Notes: generated from the letters alone by a model not told the origin. Positions 1 to 14,182 are shown, counted from the first letter of the stretch. The stretch is 64,000 nt of DNA from Octopus sinensis (GCF_006345805.1 NC_043002.1:118110001-118174000); one strand, 5' to 3'. Translations and numbers: made by a program.

Positions 1-1134
1 TGCCCAAGGTGCCATGCAGCGAGACTGAACCTGTATATATGTATATATATATATTTGTATGTATAAAAAATATATAAAGATGGAAGATGTATTATCAACA
101 ATCATTGATAATACATCTTCATTCTTTATATCTTTTCTAATATACTCTGTGATTAATACACCAAAAGTAATTGGTGACCAGCCTCTGAGTTACACTTTAA
201 GCCTACCTCAAGAAATAAGTAACAGTCTATATGGATTACTGTAATATTGGCTGGACAACTTTTTTAGCCAGGTTCTATTTACATAGAATGCTTAAAGCGG
301 TATTTGCTTGGGTTTATTTAATCCCTATTTTCTTTTCTTTTGTTTTGTTTGTGTGTGTTTCATGTCTTCTGGAAGACATGCGCAACAGTGGTGAAAGCTG
401 ACCTTAGTAAGCTGAATCTCACAAGGGAACACAACAAGCAATGTACTGAAGAGTACATTGCTTCAACCTATGTCAGCATGAAAAAGTGGACACTATCATC
501 ATAATACACACACACACACACACATACACGACAAATCCACTCACAAAGCTTTGGTTGGTCTGAGGCTATAGTAAAAGATACTTGCCCAAGGTGCCATGCA
601 GCGAGACTGAACCTGTATATATGTATATATATATATTTGTATGTATAAAAAATATATAAAGATGGAAGATGTATTATCAACAATCATTGATAATACATCT
701 TCATTCTTTATATCTTTTCTAATATACTCTGTGATTAATACACCAAAAGTAATTGGTGACCAGCCTCTGAGTTACACTTTAAGCCTACCTCAAGAAATAA
801 GTAACAGTCTATATGGATTACTGTAATATTGGCTGGACAACTTTTTTAGCCAGGTTCTATTTACATAGAATGCTTAAAGCGGTATTTGCTTGGGTTTATT
901 TAATCCCTATTTTCTTTTCTTTTGTTTTGTTTGTGTGTGTTTCATGTCTTCTGGAAGACATGCGCAACAGTGGTGAAAGCTGACCTTAGTAAGCTGAATC
1001 TCACAAGGGAACACAACAAGCAATGTACTGAAGAGTACATTGCTTCAACCTATGTCAGCATGAAAAAGTGGACACTATCATCATAATACACACACACACA
1101 CACACAGACACACACACACACAGACACACACACA
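1..1134. repeat. Tandem duplication, 582-bp unit, apparently identical copies
   Basis: Sequence from position 1 recurs at 583. ORFs 59-244 and 641-826 are identical. The junction lies in a (CA)n tract. Confidence 0.95.
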
Positions 1135-1569
1135 AATATCAAGCTATATTATGCTAAAGCTCAAAGTTTGTCTGTTTTCCTGCCATTTGATTAAAATGAT
1201 AAATATTACAAATAAAATAGTAATTTCCCCCTTTAAGAAAAATAAAATCAAGTCAAAATGTTGACCCTTCAAAGAGTCGTTGCAGCTATCACCATCGCCC
1301 TTTTTTTTTTTTCCACATCTTTTTTCTTCCTTTATACAGCTTTTGAAGTACCTTGGATTGAAAGATAGAAATTCTCCCAATATTTTTATGAGATATTTTT
1401 TGAATCACAGGTATTTGATTTTATTTTTTTAAAGAGGAAAATTACTATTTTATTTAAAATAAAATATTAATTTTTATCATCTTAATCAAAAGGCAGAAAA
1501 ACAGACAAATGATGGAGATGAGTTGCAATGGGAAGAGTTGAATCTCATAAGAATGGAAAAACAAGCAAC

Positions 1570-2250
1570 AACAAATGGGTTGTACCTTAAAATGAAACTC
1601 TTTTAAGAGCATTCGAATGCCATTGCAATGTTGAAATTGTTGCCTTGGTGAGGTGAATTAAGTACATCATCAAGTACAGGCTGAAAGGAAATGACTAAGA
1701 TGCTGTTCAAATAAACAATGATAACAACATTAGTCAATACCTATTGAATTGGTATACTGGACCATCCGAAGCAGTTGCATCCATTTTAGGATTTACAATT
1801 CATGAAAGAGCACCTGCAATAGTGAGACTGCAAGGTCATCTACCAGATGAACAAAGAATACTGCTCAGAAATAATGAGGATATATATGGCTGTCAATGAA
1901 TGACATATGAGAACAATATTGACAGAATTCTTTTCATTGTGCATCAATGATGACTTTGCAAAAACATTACTTTACGCTGTAGTACCCATGTATTTCATTT
2001 GGAACAGTAGCCACACAGAATGGCAAAGAAGAAAGTGAGGAAAAATATTTTAAATGCTATTTGAATGTTTTCAAAGAAGAAACGCTTGGTTGTGTTTATG
2101 TTGTCACACCAAAGGCAGGAGAACTGTGGTTTGTTTAAGAATTTTATTGCATGAAGTTTGAAACAGTATTTTTTCCTTTCCTGCTGTTCATTGACATTTT
2201 CAACTTGGAGTGGTTATGACTCAACGGGTCACAGTGAGTACATCTAGTTT
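1570..2250 (+). pseudogene. Helitron Rep/helicase fossil
   Basis: NKWVVP*NETLLRAFECHCNVEIVALVR*IKYIIKYRLKGND and YTGPSEAVASILGFTIHERAPAIVRLQGHLPDEQ match Helitron Rep motifs (WVVPYN..HINVE..IKY..KY..KG.D; EA.WRI.GF.IHER.PAV.RL.VHL). In-frame stops present. Confidence 0.85.
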
Positions 2251-2360
2251 CCTATAATTCCTTACAGGTTTAACATATTGACCTGTCTATTTAAAAAACA
2301 ATTCTGATGCTCAACTTCAGTAAATATTTCCACTCATCTAATGTCTGATATTATATCGGC

Positions 2361-2537
<177 letters not shown>

Positions 2538-3850
2538 GTTGCTTTTATTTGTTTCAGGTTTGAATATGTAAAATTTGTAGCTGTGTAACCAAATGCATTC
2601 TGTCAGATTGACTTTTCTAATTACCATTCTTTATCATTCTTCAAATGGACCTGATAGATCTATGCTACAAGTATAGTTGATTGAATAGGCTGTGTTCTTA
2701 CTGTGACCAATTCACTATTGGTGAACTGCTCTCTAGGTTCAAGTTAAAAAATGTCTTTACATTTTAAAATAATATGTGGCTTATGAAGACAGATACTGCT
2801 GCTATAGCATTGATTTTGTGTAGAGATATGTTGCTATGGCAATAATGCTGTGTAGAGATAAAATGTAAAATATAACTTGAAATAAAACAGTTGTAAGAAA
2901 GAAAACAATATGTGCCTCAAGACTAGTCAAAATATAATTGGTATGATAAGCACACTGAAGATATTTTTTATACAATATTAATTTTAACATACATTACCGA
3001 TTGAGATAGAGTGTATATAGGAAGGTCTGTTGTAACATACATTATTATAGACACTGTTTCATTTTGTTTACAAATATATTTTTTGATCTATAAATCTTGC
3101 TGAACCTTGCTCTTGTCAACTCTTTATCTGATGCTCACTAAACAATAAACAATGCTTCTTCATACTTAAGAGACATTCTTGTCTAAAAATCTACTATTTT
3201 AATTCTACTTCTTTCCCTTTCCACATTTTCAATTGGCAACTTTTTTCTTTCCATCTTAAATCATATGAATTTTGAAGAAGTTTTTTTTTTTTATAGATTA
3301 TTCATATTCAATCAGATTTCGTTTTGAATGAGCTGAACATTTTCAATGAATTTTTGTAATGCAATTCTTTACTTTACTCTCCATCAAATTTACTTCTTTT
3401 GTGTTTGGAATCTTCTTTCAATTTTTCCATAAACCCTTCGACTTCCATTGCTTCTCATATTTCTCAATTTCCAATGAATTCTATAATGTCAGACTTCATT
3501 TTTCTTAGTTATTTCTTATTGGCAATTGTCCAAGTTCTAAGTCCAGCTTTTATGCTACATTAAACACATTCTTTAGTAATGAAAGCAGCTCTAATTTCAA
3601 ATTCATTATAACCAAAACATTTCTTAAATACTTCTGTCTTGTATTACCTTTTATTATAACCCCACCACTCTTGTTAAATTGCAATAGTGTCATTCATGTT
3701 CAGTTATACTATATGTATATATACTATATATTTTATATGTGTATATGTGTGTGTGTACACATACATATATATAGGTATTTTTTTTATCTCTAGTTTCAGC
3801 TCAGAGCTGTGGCCATGCTGATGCACTGCCATATATACACACACGCACAA

Positions 3851-3905
<55 letters not shown>

Positions 3906-4765
3906 AAACAAGTTAAAAATAATTGTCATTACATATAATTCTTTTATTAGGCCAAATTTGGCTTACAGCTGTTTCCAGTAGTCATTATAGGTACATTCCT
4001 GATAGGTTTACTCAATCGGTCTATTGATCACTTGAGGTAAATTGAACTTAAGAAAATTGATGCTACTTTTGTTTGAGCCATCACTGGAAATAACAAACAG
4101 AGCACTTGAAGAATGGCTATTGTATGGGGAAGGTGGGGGAAGATTGGGATGTTTAAGTAGAATAGGTGAAGGCAAGTTACAAGGGGGTGGGAGCAATAGC
4201 AGGAGTGGCACTTAGTAGAAGTAGCAGTATTAATGTAAGCAGTAGTGATAATTGCTGTAGTAGTAGGAATATTGCATTGCCAAATGTGGAAGAGGAGCAT
4301 TCACAACATAGGTCAGCACTTATTACCATATTAGCATTGTATATAGGTCAGGTATTCTCCAACCAGTGTGTTGAAATTTGATGTGCACTTTTAATGGACA
4401 TGGGTGAGTCTCAGACAGTAATTTTCACTTTTTAATCTAGCATAATGGTGGAATAGTGTTAGAGAATTAGAGTAAACTTGCCAAAACAATTATGATGAAG
4501 ATGACAGCATCAGCATCAGCAACATCAATACCAATAATATTAGTAAGATCACAATAAGATAACCTTCCAAAATAAGAACAGAAATAACAATACCAATGAC
4601 CATGGGATAATAATAAAACAATGATAAATGGGAAATAGTCCTAATACTGGCTGGAAGTAGAAAATTCAAGTTAAAATAAAATATTAAAATCTTAAAGGAA
4701 TAGAATAGGACAAATAAAATAAAATAATTTTTTTTTAAAGTTTTAAAGAATTTTAAACCCATGGA

Positions 4766-5990
4766 AGTAAAAAGTAAGCAATATTTTGAAACGTGAAATT
4801 CATCACAATATATTTCAACAATGCGGAAATTTTATTCATCAAAGTAAGTATCAACACATTTTTGCCAAAACATTACAAGTTTGTTTATTCTGGTAACATA
4901 AAAATCTGGAATTCTGGAGCTGATGAACTCTTTGAACATACTTCCAGCATCGGTTTGATTTTTTAACTCCTTCTCTCACAGGAAACCAACAAGGTGCTTG
5001 GAAAAGTGGTAGTCGGTAGGAGAAAGGTCCGGGGAAGAACTTCATAGCCAAGTTCCCTCAACTTCTGGAGCATCATTAGTGAAACATGTGGTCGAGCTTT
5101 GTCATAAAGAATGATTGGCTCACTTCTGTTGACCAGTCTGGGTGGCTGAGTTGCAGTTTTTCGTTCATTTTGGCAATTTCATGACAATGTTTCTGCAGTA
5201 ATGGATTTTCCTGGTTTTAAGAAGCTATAGTGGATGAGTCCAGTAGTACACCACCAAATAGTCACCATAACCTTCTTTTTGAAGAGTTCAGGTTTAGGAA
5301 AGTTTTTCAGTGCTTCATTATGGTCCAACCACTGTGAAGAACATTTTTTTATTATTGTACAGAATCCACTTTTCATTGCAAGTTATGATATAGTCAAGAA
5401 ATGGATTGCTCTGGTTATGAAAAAGAAGCAACGAACAAATTTCATATCTGCACATTTTCTGATTTTCCTTCAAATTGTGTGGTCACATTTGTCGAGCTTT
5501 TTTGATTTTCCGATCACATGCAAATGGTTGCAGGTAGTTTTCTGGCTACCTTGAAGTCCTTTTGCCAGTTCTTGAGTGGTTTTATGTGGATCTTTCTCAA
5601 TGACAGTCTTTAATTGATGACAGATGGGCATCCACTATGCTCATGATCTTCAAGGCTCAGGTCTCCATTGCGAAATTGTTTAAACCATTTTTGAGCTGAC
5701 CACTCACTGGTCATTTCCTCCCCAAATGCTTTGTTGATATCGCAAGCAGTTTCAGCTGCTGTACATCCTTTTATGAAGTTGAATAGCATAATTACTCGAA
5801 TATCGCGCTTTGGCAGTTCCATATCAGATGATTGAAACAATGGTGAAAAAATATCAATGTTAATTTATTGATGCATTTGGACAAGTCTATGTCTGTATTA
5901 TCAATCAACTGCAAAAATATGTTTAAAAAGATTCAAAATTCTGCAAAAATCATGGTTCAAAACATTGCTTTCTTTTTACTCAACGTGATA
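4766..5990 (-). mobile_element. Mariner transposon (Hsmar1/cecropia-like), decayed, about 1.2 kb
   Basis: HTH DIRVIMLFNFIKGCTAAETACDINKAFG...LEDHEHSG and catalytic region QWLDHNEALKNFPKPELFKKKVMVTIWW..GLIHYSFLKPG. Imperfect ~30-bp TIRs at 4766-4795 and 5951-5980. Frameshifted. Confidence 0.9.
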
Positions 5991-6188
5991 TTTATATATC
6001 TATATACACACACACATACACATACATACACATATATGTATACACTCCCCCCACACATATATACATTTATACATACATACACAAACACATATATATATAT
6101 ATACACACATACATACATATACATACACGACCCCAGTTGAACTGTCCAACCCATGCTAGCATGGAAAACGGACGCTAAACGATGATGA

Positions 6189-6227
<39 letters not shown>

Positions 6228-6231
<4 letters not shown>

Positions 6232-6445
6232 TAATCCAAACAAGAAAACAAAAAAACACAACAATGCAAGGACGTGGAACAAATATAGAATTATTGGACG
6301 CTCAGGAAAGAAGGGAAGGAGGAGGGTTTAACGTTTTGAGTGGAGCTCTTCGTTGGAAACATAGGAGAGGGAAAGATCCCGAGAAGGGAAGACAGAGGAA
6401 AAAAAATCGCCAGTGGTACTCATGAGGTCACATACTGAAAACCAT
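6228..6445 (-). mobile_element. Short element between (TA)n tracts with a CpG-decayed minimal hammerhead (probable PLE terminus)
   Basis: Minus 6360-6326 reads GTTT CCAACGA A GAGC TCC ACTC AAAA CGTT AAAC. Confidence 0.5.
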
Positions 6446-6649
6446 ATATATATATATATATATATACATACACATACCTATATATATACCAGAGTAAGCA
6501 CATAAGTATGAAACAAGGTGGAAAAAATAGTACTCAAATACCAGAGGTAGAGTAATATGATTTATTTAAAAGCAGCAAAAATATCATAAAAACTGTTACT
6601 CAGAGTTTCATGTACCTGTTCATCGGACAGATTTGTTTAGAATCTAAAC

Positions 6650-6695
6650 AAAACTGTCTGATGAACAGGTACATGAAACTCTGGGTAACAGTTTT
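6650..6695 (+). ncRNA. Minimal type I hammerhead ribozyme (stem II decayed); inverted copy at 6589-6634 (-)
   Basis: AAAACTGT CTGATGA ACAGGTACAT GAAA CTCTGG GTA^ ACAGTTTT. 8-bp stem I and canonical core. Confidence 0.75.
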
Positions 6696-8251
6696 TGTGA
6701 TATTTTTTCTGCTTTTTAATAAAAAATTTATATATATATTCACATATATACATATATGAACCTACATACATACACAGATCTTTACACACACACACATATG
6801 CACGTGCATACACACACACACACAGAGGCATACAAACATACATACAAATATAAAATATAAAATAAACCTAGCTAGAATGAATTAAGTCTTTAAAGCAGAG
6901 TGAAATGAAGCTAAAGAAAATAAGTAGAAAATCAATAAACATATACATAAACATTTTTTTAGGTAATTCACATTTATCGCCTTGTCATTATACCCATCTC
7001 AATCTATATCTCTCACTATATATTAATATATTATTTAATAATAATAGAACAAAACTTGCTCATCAGGCATTTGGGTGTTAAGTAATAGGAAATCAAACAA
7101 ATTCAAGATGGCTTCTAGATGTTAGGTTTCTATTAATCAGCTCAGGTCATGTGGTGTTATTGGTTTGGAAAGCAACAGCAGATCTTTATATTGTTCTTGG
7201 GTCCACATGATCAGGCAGGATGTTGATAGGCAGAAGTTGCTGCTATGTTTAGAGATAGTGGTATTGCTTATTTAGTGGCATTACGGTCAGGAGCAACTGA
7301 CATCAATGCCAGTCACTCTTGCAGAGTCAATATTGCTTCTAACATCACTCACTACAGTAGATTTACTCCATTCCACAATTTTAAATTGAATTGTTTTTGG
7401 ATTAATTGTAATTTGAATTGAAGTTATAGCCACAAAACATACGTAGTCTTTTTACTTATTATATAATGTGGGCTCCAAATGTTTTCTCTCTTGGGGCTTT
7501 GATTTAGTCTAGATTCCCAGGTGGAGGAGAACTGGAACAAGGGAATTACTCGAATGAGGAATCTCACTTAGAAATGCACTGAGATGTTCTGGAGAGACAA
7601 AGTTGAAGTAATCTACAGATTAATACAATGGTATGACAATCATGAGTTGCTCTGAAGGATGTTTGACCACCCTGGAGTACCTGCTTTTCTAGTTTTTTTG
7701 TGAAAGAGACAAGATGTGTACCAGAGAGTAGGAAACCCATCTGTGGTCGATAATCACACTGCAAGGGTATGTGCTGACAGTTGATACAACAATTATTTTT
7801 TAAACAGAAATTCTTTGGACTATTCAATTCTGAAGTAGAAATGGAACCTGTCAGACAAATTTAATTAGGAATGGAAGTTTTATTGAATCAATCTCAATAT
7901 ATTACTGATAAATGTTTTGTGAGCTCTAGAAGGATATAAAATAGAGTTAACTCTGATAGGTCTTTAATGTAACAAAACTATATTTGAATTGCTATATTAT
8001 ATTGCTAAATTTAAGAAGCCACACTCTGTTTCTTTTTGAACAAACTATAACCTTTATAGCAATTCTTATTGATTTTAACATTGTGGCAATGAATATTTTA
8101 AAATTTAATTTCCCTGTGATGATTATACAAAAAATTTTTTAAAAAACATCTAAAGGTTACCAATTTTGTTTAAATTTATAAGACCTTATTTATTCCTCCA
8201 GTGAGTTATTGTGTTTAGTGATTGAATATTACATAATATATTAGTGCAGGT

Positions 8252-8405
8252 ATGGCTGTATGGTAAGAAACTTGCTTCTCAACCACATGGTTCTAGGTTC
8301 AGTCCCACTGCACAGTACTTTGGGCAAGTGTCTTCTGCTACAGTCCCAGGTTGACAAAAATCTTGTGAGTGGATTTGGTAGATGGAAACTGAAATAAACC
8401 TGTTG
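8252..8405 (+). mobile_element. SINE family A, 5' part
   Basis: tggctgtatggtaagaaacttgc...gggcaagtgtcttctgcta...gatggaaactgaa, the same as the copy at 17003. Confidence 0.8.
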
Positions 8406-8461
8406 TGTATATGTATATGTATACACACACACATGTATGTATATACGTATATATATGTATG

Positions 8462-8507
<46 letters not shown>

Positions 8508-8524
8508 TGTGTATGTGTGTATGT

Positions 8525-8568
<44 letters not shown>

Positions 8569-11500
8569 ATATATATATGTATGTATATGTGTACATGTGT
8601 GTGTGTGTGTGTGTTACTGTCTCCTCGCCTTGACATCACATGATAGCTGTGAATGAGTGTTACTGACATGCAAGTGGTGTCCTTTGTTTCCAATCATCCA
8701 AGACATGTCTGGTCATGGGGAAATATTAAAGTACTTGAAATCACACTTGAAATTCCTGTTAGCAACATCAAAAATCTACCTCAATAAATTCTATCAAATC
8801 TATGCAAGCAGAGAAAAGTGGACATTACATGGTGTTGAGAATGACGATGATGATAACGACGATGACAACGTTACTGCTGCTGCTGATGCTGGGGGAATCC
8901 TACTCCAAAGAGACAATTTCTAGAATAGCATTAGATCTGAACTTCTTAATTACGAGTAAGTTTCAATAGCAGTAAAAAATTTACTTGCCTTGATATATTA
9001 GAAAAATTCTTTAAAGAATAAAACATTTTAATGATTGCTGTTTGTGCAATGCTACATGTTCAATCTTACTAAGCACTTGATGTAGCAAGCAGAATGTTAT
9101 TACAATGAAAACTAGATTGTAACAAAACTGGATTTCACTTCAACTGTACTCACTGGTTTATCTTGTTTGTTGTACTTCAATGTCCTAAAATGAAAATCAA
9201 AGTAATTTTATCTCCAGTAACATTACTCTTAAAATATGAAATGGATTTTCCATGGTTCGCTTTTTGATGATGATGATGATGGCATAAGGCCAGAAAATTA
9301 ATTAGACCCCAAATGCCCAAACTGATACTAATTTTATCCAGCCTGAAAGAATGAAAGGCGAAATTGAATTTTGTGGAAGTTTGGACTCAGAACATAAAGA
9401 TGGACAAAATATAGCTAAACATTTTGTCCGTTATGCTAATGATTCTGCCAGCTTTCCACCTTCAATAATAATCACAATAATAATAACCTTTATTATGTGC
9501 AATGGTTGCAAGAAAGAAAAAAAATAACATGGAGGATAGAAAAAAAACCCACTTACAAATATGAAGGAAGAAGTGGGAGGCATTATACAATATATGGAAG
9601 GATGCACTTTGAATTTTAAAGGAACATGCACTCGCATACATACACACATACCATACATTTATACGTGCACACATATATACATTCATTTACTCATATACAC
9701 ATGCACACATACACTCACATTTATTTCTACAAAATAATTTAAAAGTACAATAAATCAATAATTAAAACAAAATATAATTGAATGAAATAAAGCATGAAAG
9801 GGTTGAGTTAGAATACTCTACAACCTTGTTCTCTTAGACATTTCTCAAGTTGTGTTTGAGTGCAGCCAAATACACCAGTTAGCATTTTTTGAGACATTTG
9901 GCATTCAAAACACTAACATCTTGAAGGTATTCTTTTTTAGGTTTAGTATAATGTCTTAGTTTTAATCCTATTATTATGTATTTTGCATGTTGTTTATATT
10001 TTGAACATAATTGTGTTTGCGTCATTATAATTTGTTGGGAAAGTTTGTGGCACCAGAGATGTGTGATTTTGTCCATCAACTATTTGTTTGATTTTCAAAG
10101 AATAGTGAATAACCTTAGTTCATCTTTGTCTTCTTCTTGTTTTTTTGTCAATTTCTTGGGGAAGTATTTTCATTATCACTAGTCCACACTGTAAAGAGGT
10201 TGGTGTTAGGAAGGGCATTCAACTGTAAAAACCATGCCAAAAGCAGACAATAAAGCTTGGTGCAGGCTTCTGATTTGTTAGCTCCTATCAAACTGTCTAA
10301 CCGATGTCAGCATGAAAAAATGGATGTTAAATGATGATAATGATGATTTGGAAGAAATTATTGTTTGTCAAGTTTTTGTTGATTTATATCTTCTTTTCTG
10401 TGTTTTTTTACCTTCTTTTTCTTTTTGTGCAGTTTTTTAGCCTATTCTTCTATCTTATCATCATTCTGTTCCTTTTGATGTCACAAAATTGATGGGTTTT
10501 ATTAAAAACTCTATTTTGAATTGTTTAAAGACATCAAATGCATGAAACCTAAACTCTCAAGTTTTCCTCTCAATAAGTCAATCCTTTCTTTTTACTTTTC
10601 TCCTTCAGTCAACTCTCTCCATTATAATGGGTTCGGGGATGGCATCCTGATCTAGAAATTTGCTTCACAACAATGTGGTTTCAGGTTCAGTCCCGTTGGA
10701 TAATGAAGGAAATTTGTCAGACTGCAACTGTGTAGAGACTCATTGAAGGTACCATTCTAGTTCTTACCCAGTCTTAAATCACAGCTCTGTCTGGTTAAAC
10801 AATACCATTGACTCCTTGGGTGCTTTGAATGTTGCTAGCATTTGGACCAGATCTCTAATCTGAAGATAACTTGTTCCCACCAATCTCAGAGATGCTGAAA
10901 AGGTCTTGAGTCTTTGCCCTTCCTCCTCTGACAAAGTCATTAAAATAATGTAAACATTTGTAGAAGTTCCTCAACCAATATAACCATACTCAGGACATTC
11001 TTCTCTGACTATATTGTCCAACCTTTATAACAAGATCATCATCATCATCCTTTAACATCTATTTTTCATGCTGGCATAAGTCGGATGGTCTGACCAGAAC
11101 TGGCAAGCTTGGAAGCTGCATCAGGCTCCAGTCTGATTTGGCTTGGTTTCTACAGCTGGATGCCCTTCCTAACACCAACCACTTTACACTGTGTACTGGG
11201 TGCTTTTAATGTGCCACCATCATGAGCACTTTTACATGGCACCAGCATGAGTGCTTTGTACATGGCATTGGCATGAGTGCTTTTTATGTGATACCAGCAC
11301 AGGATTCTTGCAGGCCAGTCCTCTCCACCAGAGGACGAAGACTTAACACTTCTGCTGAGGAGACACTTCTGTTGTATTTCTGATAAATACAAGCTTCCCC
11401 CACCCCGCAAAATGGTCATTAATCTTAATAAGTCTAAATACACACACACACACACACTCACATACACACCTCTCTTTTATATGATCAGTTTTATACCAGA

Positions 11501-11591
11501 CATACAATATTAATAACAGTTCTATTCTAATATCATCAAACAAATGCTAATAACAAAGCTAAAACAAGGTCTCTTTGACTTAATTTGGAAA

Positions 11592-11761
11592 GATAAAAAT
11601 GGAATTCATCATAGTCTAAATGAACTGCAGTACATGAGAATTATTATGGATAGAAATGGAATTTATCAAAGTATAAATAAACAGCAGTACATGAAAATTG
11701 TTATGGATAAAAATGGATTGACCAAAATATAAATAAACTGCAGTGCATGAAAATTATTATG
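11592..11761 (+). repeat. 57-bp minisatellite, 3 copies
   Basis: Units start at 11592, 11649 and 11706 (gataaaaatgga...cagtacatgaaaattattatg). Confidence 0.9.
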
Positions 11762-12879
11762 TTGAAATCATGTAAATGTTTTGAAAGAGAATTTAAATCT
11801 GTGATGCAGAAAAATGGAATCTAATTAATTATTCACTGATGAATGTGAACACATTATCATTCAGAACAACCAGTATTACATGATCAGAACAGTTCAGAAA
11901 ACAATGTATATATTAGACAAGCTGCTTTGTGGACATAATAGTAACAAATATAATCTGCTGAATGAACCTAACTAAAATTAAATACCAATTACATTTGTTT
12001 CATGGTTGAGTAAATGACATTATTTAGGGAACCTGGTTACAAATATCTGATGCAAGAATCTTCAGAACCATCCAGTGTGTACTAACATGAAAAAAAAACA
12101 TTAGAAAAACACAGACACTGATCTCTGTCAGATCAATGAAGTTATGTGACATTGACATGATAACTCCTGAGTTGAATGCTGATTGAATAAAATCCATCTC
12201 AGAACTAAATGAAGGCTGATAGACATCAGCTCAAAGATAATTCAGATCTGATGTGCTAAAAATAAAATTATTTTTTATTTGACATGGCTGAGAACAAATC
12301 AATTTATTGGTCTTGTATTTTTCCTTTCCTTTCTTTTTCACTCTTATATTATAATATACCAGACGGTGCAGAGAAGAGAAAAACTATTTTAATGCATGTA
12401 GTAGATTTTATTCATTCATTCGAAGTAGATAATTCACTCTGTTACTACTCCAAGTTTCTCATGTTTGTATGTGTGTTCAGATGCCACTGTTTCACAGATG
12501 TGTTCTGCTCCATAGCCAGCTGCCAATTTCACAGAGTGAAAGCATGTGGAAAAAATTAACAAAGATTAAACAATTATTGATGTTCAATTTGAAGAATTTT
12601 TTTATGTTAGACCTTGGTTGAAATACATGAATACAAAGTATGAGGAAGGGACTGTATAAATCTGATAGTAGGGGAGGAAAACAATAATAATAGGATAGTT
12701 CATATTTGTATTTGCTTTGCAAGATTCTTGTTGTGAAATCGTGCATTGAAGCCAATGTTGTTGTGTTGGTTGGGGAGGTTATTTTGCCAATAAAACCATA
12801 GGCTCTGATTCTACTTCATTAACAACAAAGGCAACTGCCACTGCTGATGCCACCACCATACAATGAAGGGTTGTCAGTT

Positions 12880-13110
12880 TCTTATTTCTTTATTGCCCAC
12901 AAAGGGCTAAACATAGAGGGGACAAAGAAGGACAGACAAACGGATTAAGTCGATTACATCGATCCCAGTGCATAACTGGTACTTAATTTATCGACCCCAA
13001 AAGGATGAAAGACAAAGTTGACCTTGGCGGAATTTGAACTCAGAACGCAGCGGTAGACGAAATACCACAAGGCATTTCGCCTGGCATGCTAACGTTTCTG
13101 CCAGTTTGCT
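12880..13110 (-). mobile_element. SINE family B
   Basis: Reverse complement of ctggcagaaacgttagc...gagttcaaattccgccaaggtcaactttg...gataaattaagtaccag. Other copies near 9285-9460, 37570-37790, 43272-43480, 51620-51850 and 63370-63545. Confidence 0.85.
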
Positions 13111-14151
13111 GCCTTAAAGTGTTATCAGTTTCTGTCTACCAAATCCACTCACAAGGCTTTGGTTAGCCAGGGGTTATAGCAGAAGATACTTGCCCAATGT
13201 GCCATGCAGTGGGACTGAACCTGGAACCGTATGGCTGGGAAGTAAGTTTCTAACTGCAAAGCCATGCTTGCAACTCAACACATTTCCCAATTAAACTTTT
13301 CAACGAAATTGTTCCATCATTCCATCATTCCATCATTCCATCATTCATTGACTTAGCAGAATAGAAAACCTTCAGATTTTTCCGCTTCTTTTCTTTTTTA
13401 ATCTGAATCTTTTTTTTTTTTAATTTTCTTTCCTCAAAGTTCTGAACAATTACACGAATAACTAAAGTGATTTTCATTCAACTAGTTTACTAATTAACTA
13501 ATTAACTACTTCATTGTTTGAGTAATTATTTGATTAATCAATCAATCATTTGGTTTGTCAGAATCCTTTTGTTGCTATTTGAAGTCCCATCAATGACATC
13601 ATGCCCTCATCTGCTCTAGGTCGATCAGAAAGCATCCTTACTAGATACGGTGCAAAGTTTTTGGAATGAGTGAGAATGTTTGCGGGTTTGAGCATTTTAT
13701 ATGTGTTTGAGGTTTTTTGTGAACTGATTGGTCAGGGTCCACATGTGTGTGTGTGTGTGTGTGTGTGTGCACGCATGTGTGTTTGTGATGTATGTGTTGT
13801 GTGTGTGTATGTGTGCATGTGTGTGTGTATGTGTGTGTGTGGTGTGTGTGTTGTGTATGTGTATGCGTGTAGTGTGTGGTGTGTGATGCATGTGTTGTCT
13901 GTGTGTGTATGTATGTGTGTGTGCAGATGCGTGCATGCACATGTGCGTGCGTGCACATGTCTGTTTTCGAGTGTGTATGAATGTGCGAATCTGCATCTAA
14001 CTTATTCCTGTGTCTTAGCATCCTTCACATCCAGGTACATCGCAGTTCAGCAGTTATGTGGCTTCCTTTATATTCTCCCTCTCAAGGGATTTCTAAATCC
14101 ATTGACACACACAAATATATGTGTTTATTCTTTCACACAGTCAGCTACCTC

Positions 14152-14182
<31 letters not shown>

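Noticed and set aside
436-463. 12-bp hairpin aagcaatgtact-gaag-agtacattgctt containing CTGAAGA (also near 1018)
   Set aside because: No GAAA or helix III downstream, so not a hammerhead. No CTAG end, so not supported as a Helitron terminus.
7040-7080. Minus-strand CTGATGA
   Set aside because: No matching stem II/GAAA or stem I found.
11832-11860. CTGATGA followed by an ATGTG/CACAT stem
   Set aside because: Followed by TATC rather than GAAA, and no stem I partner.
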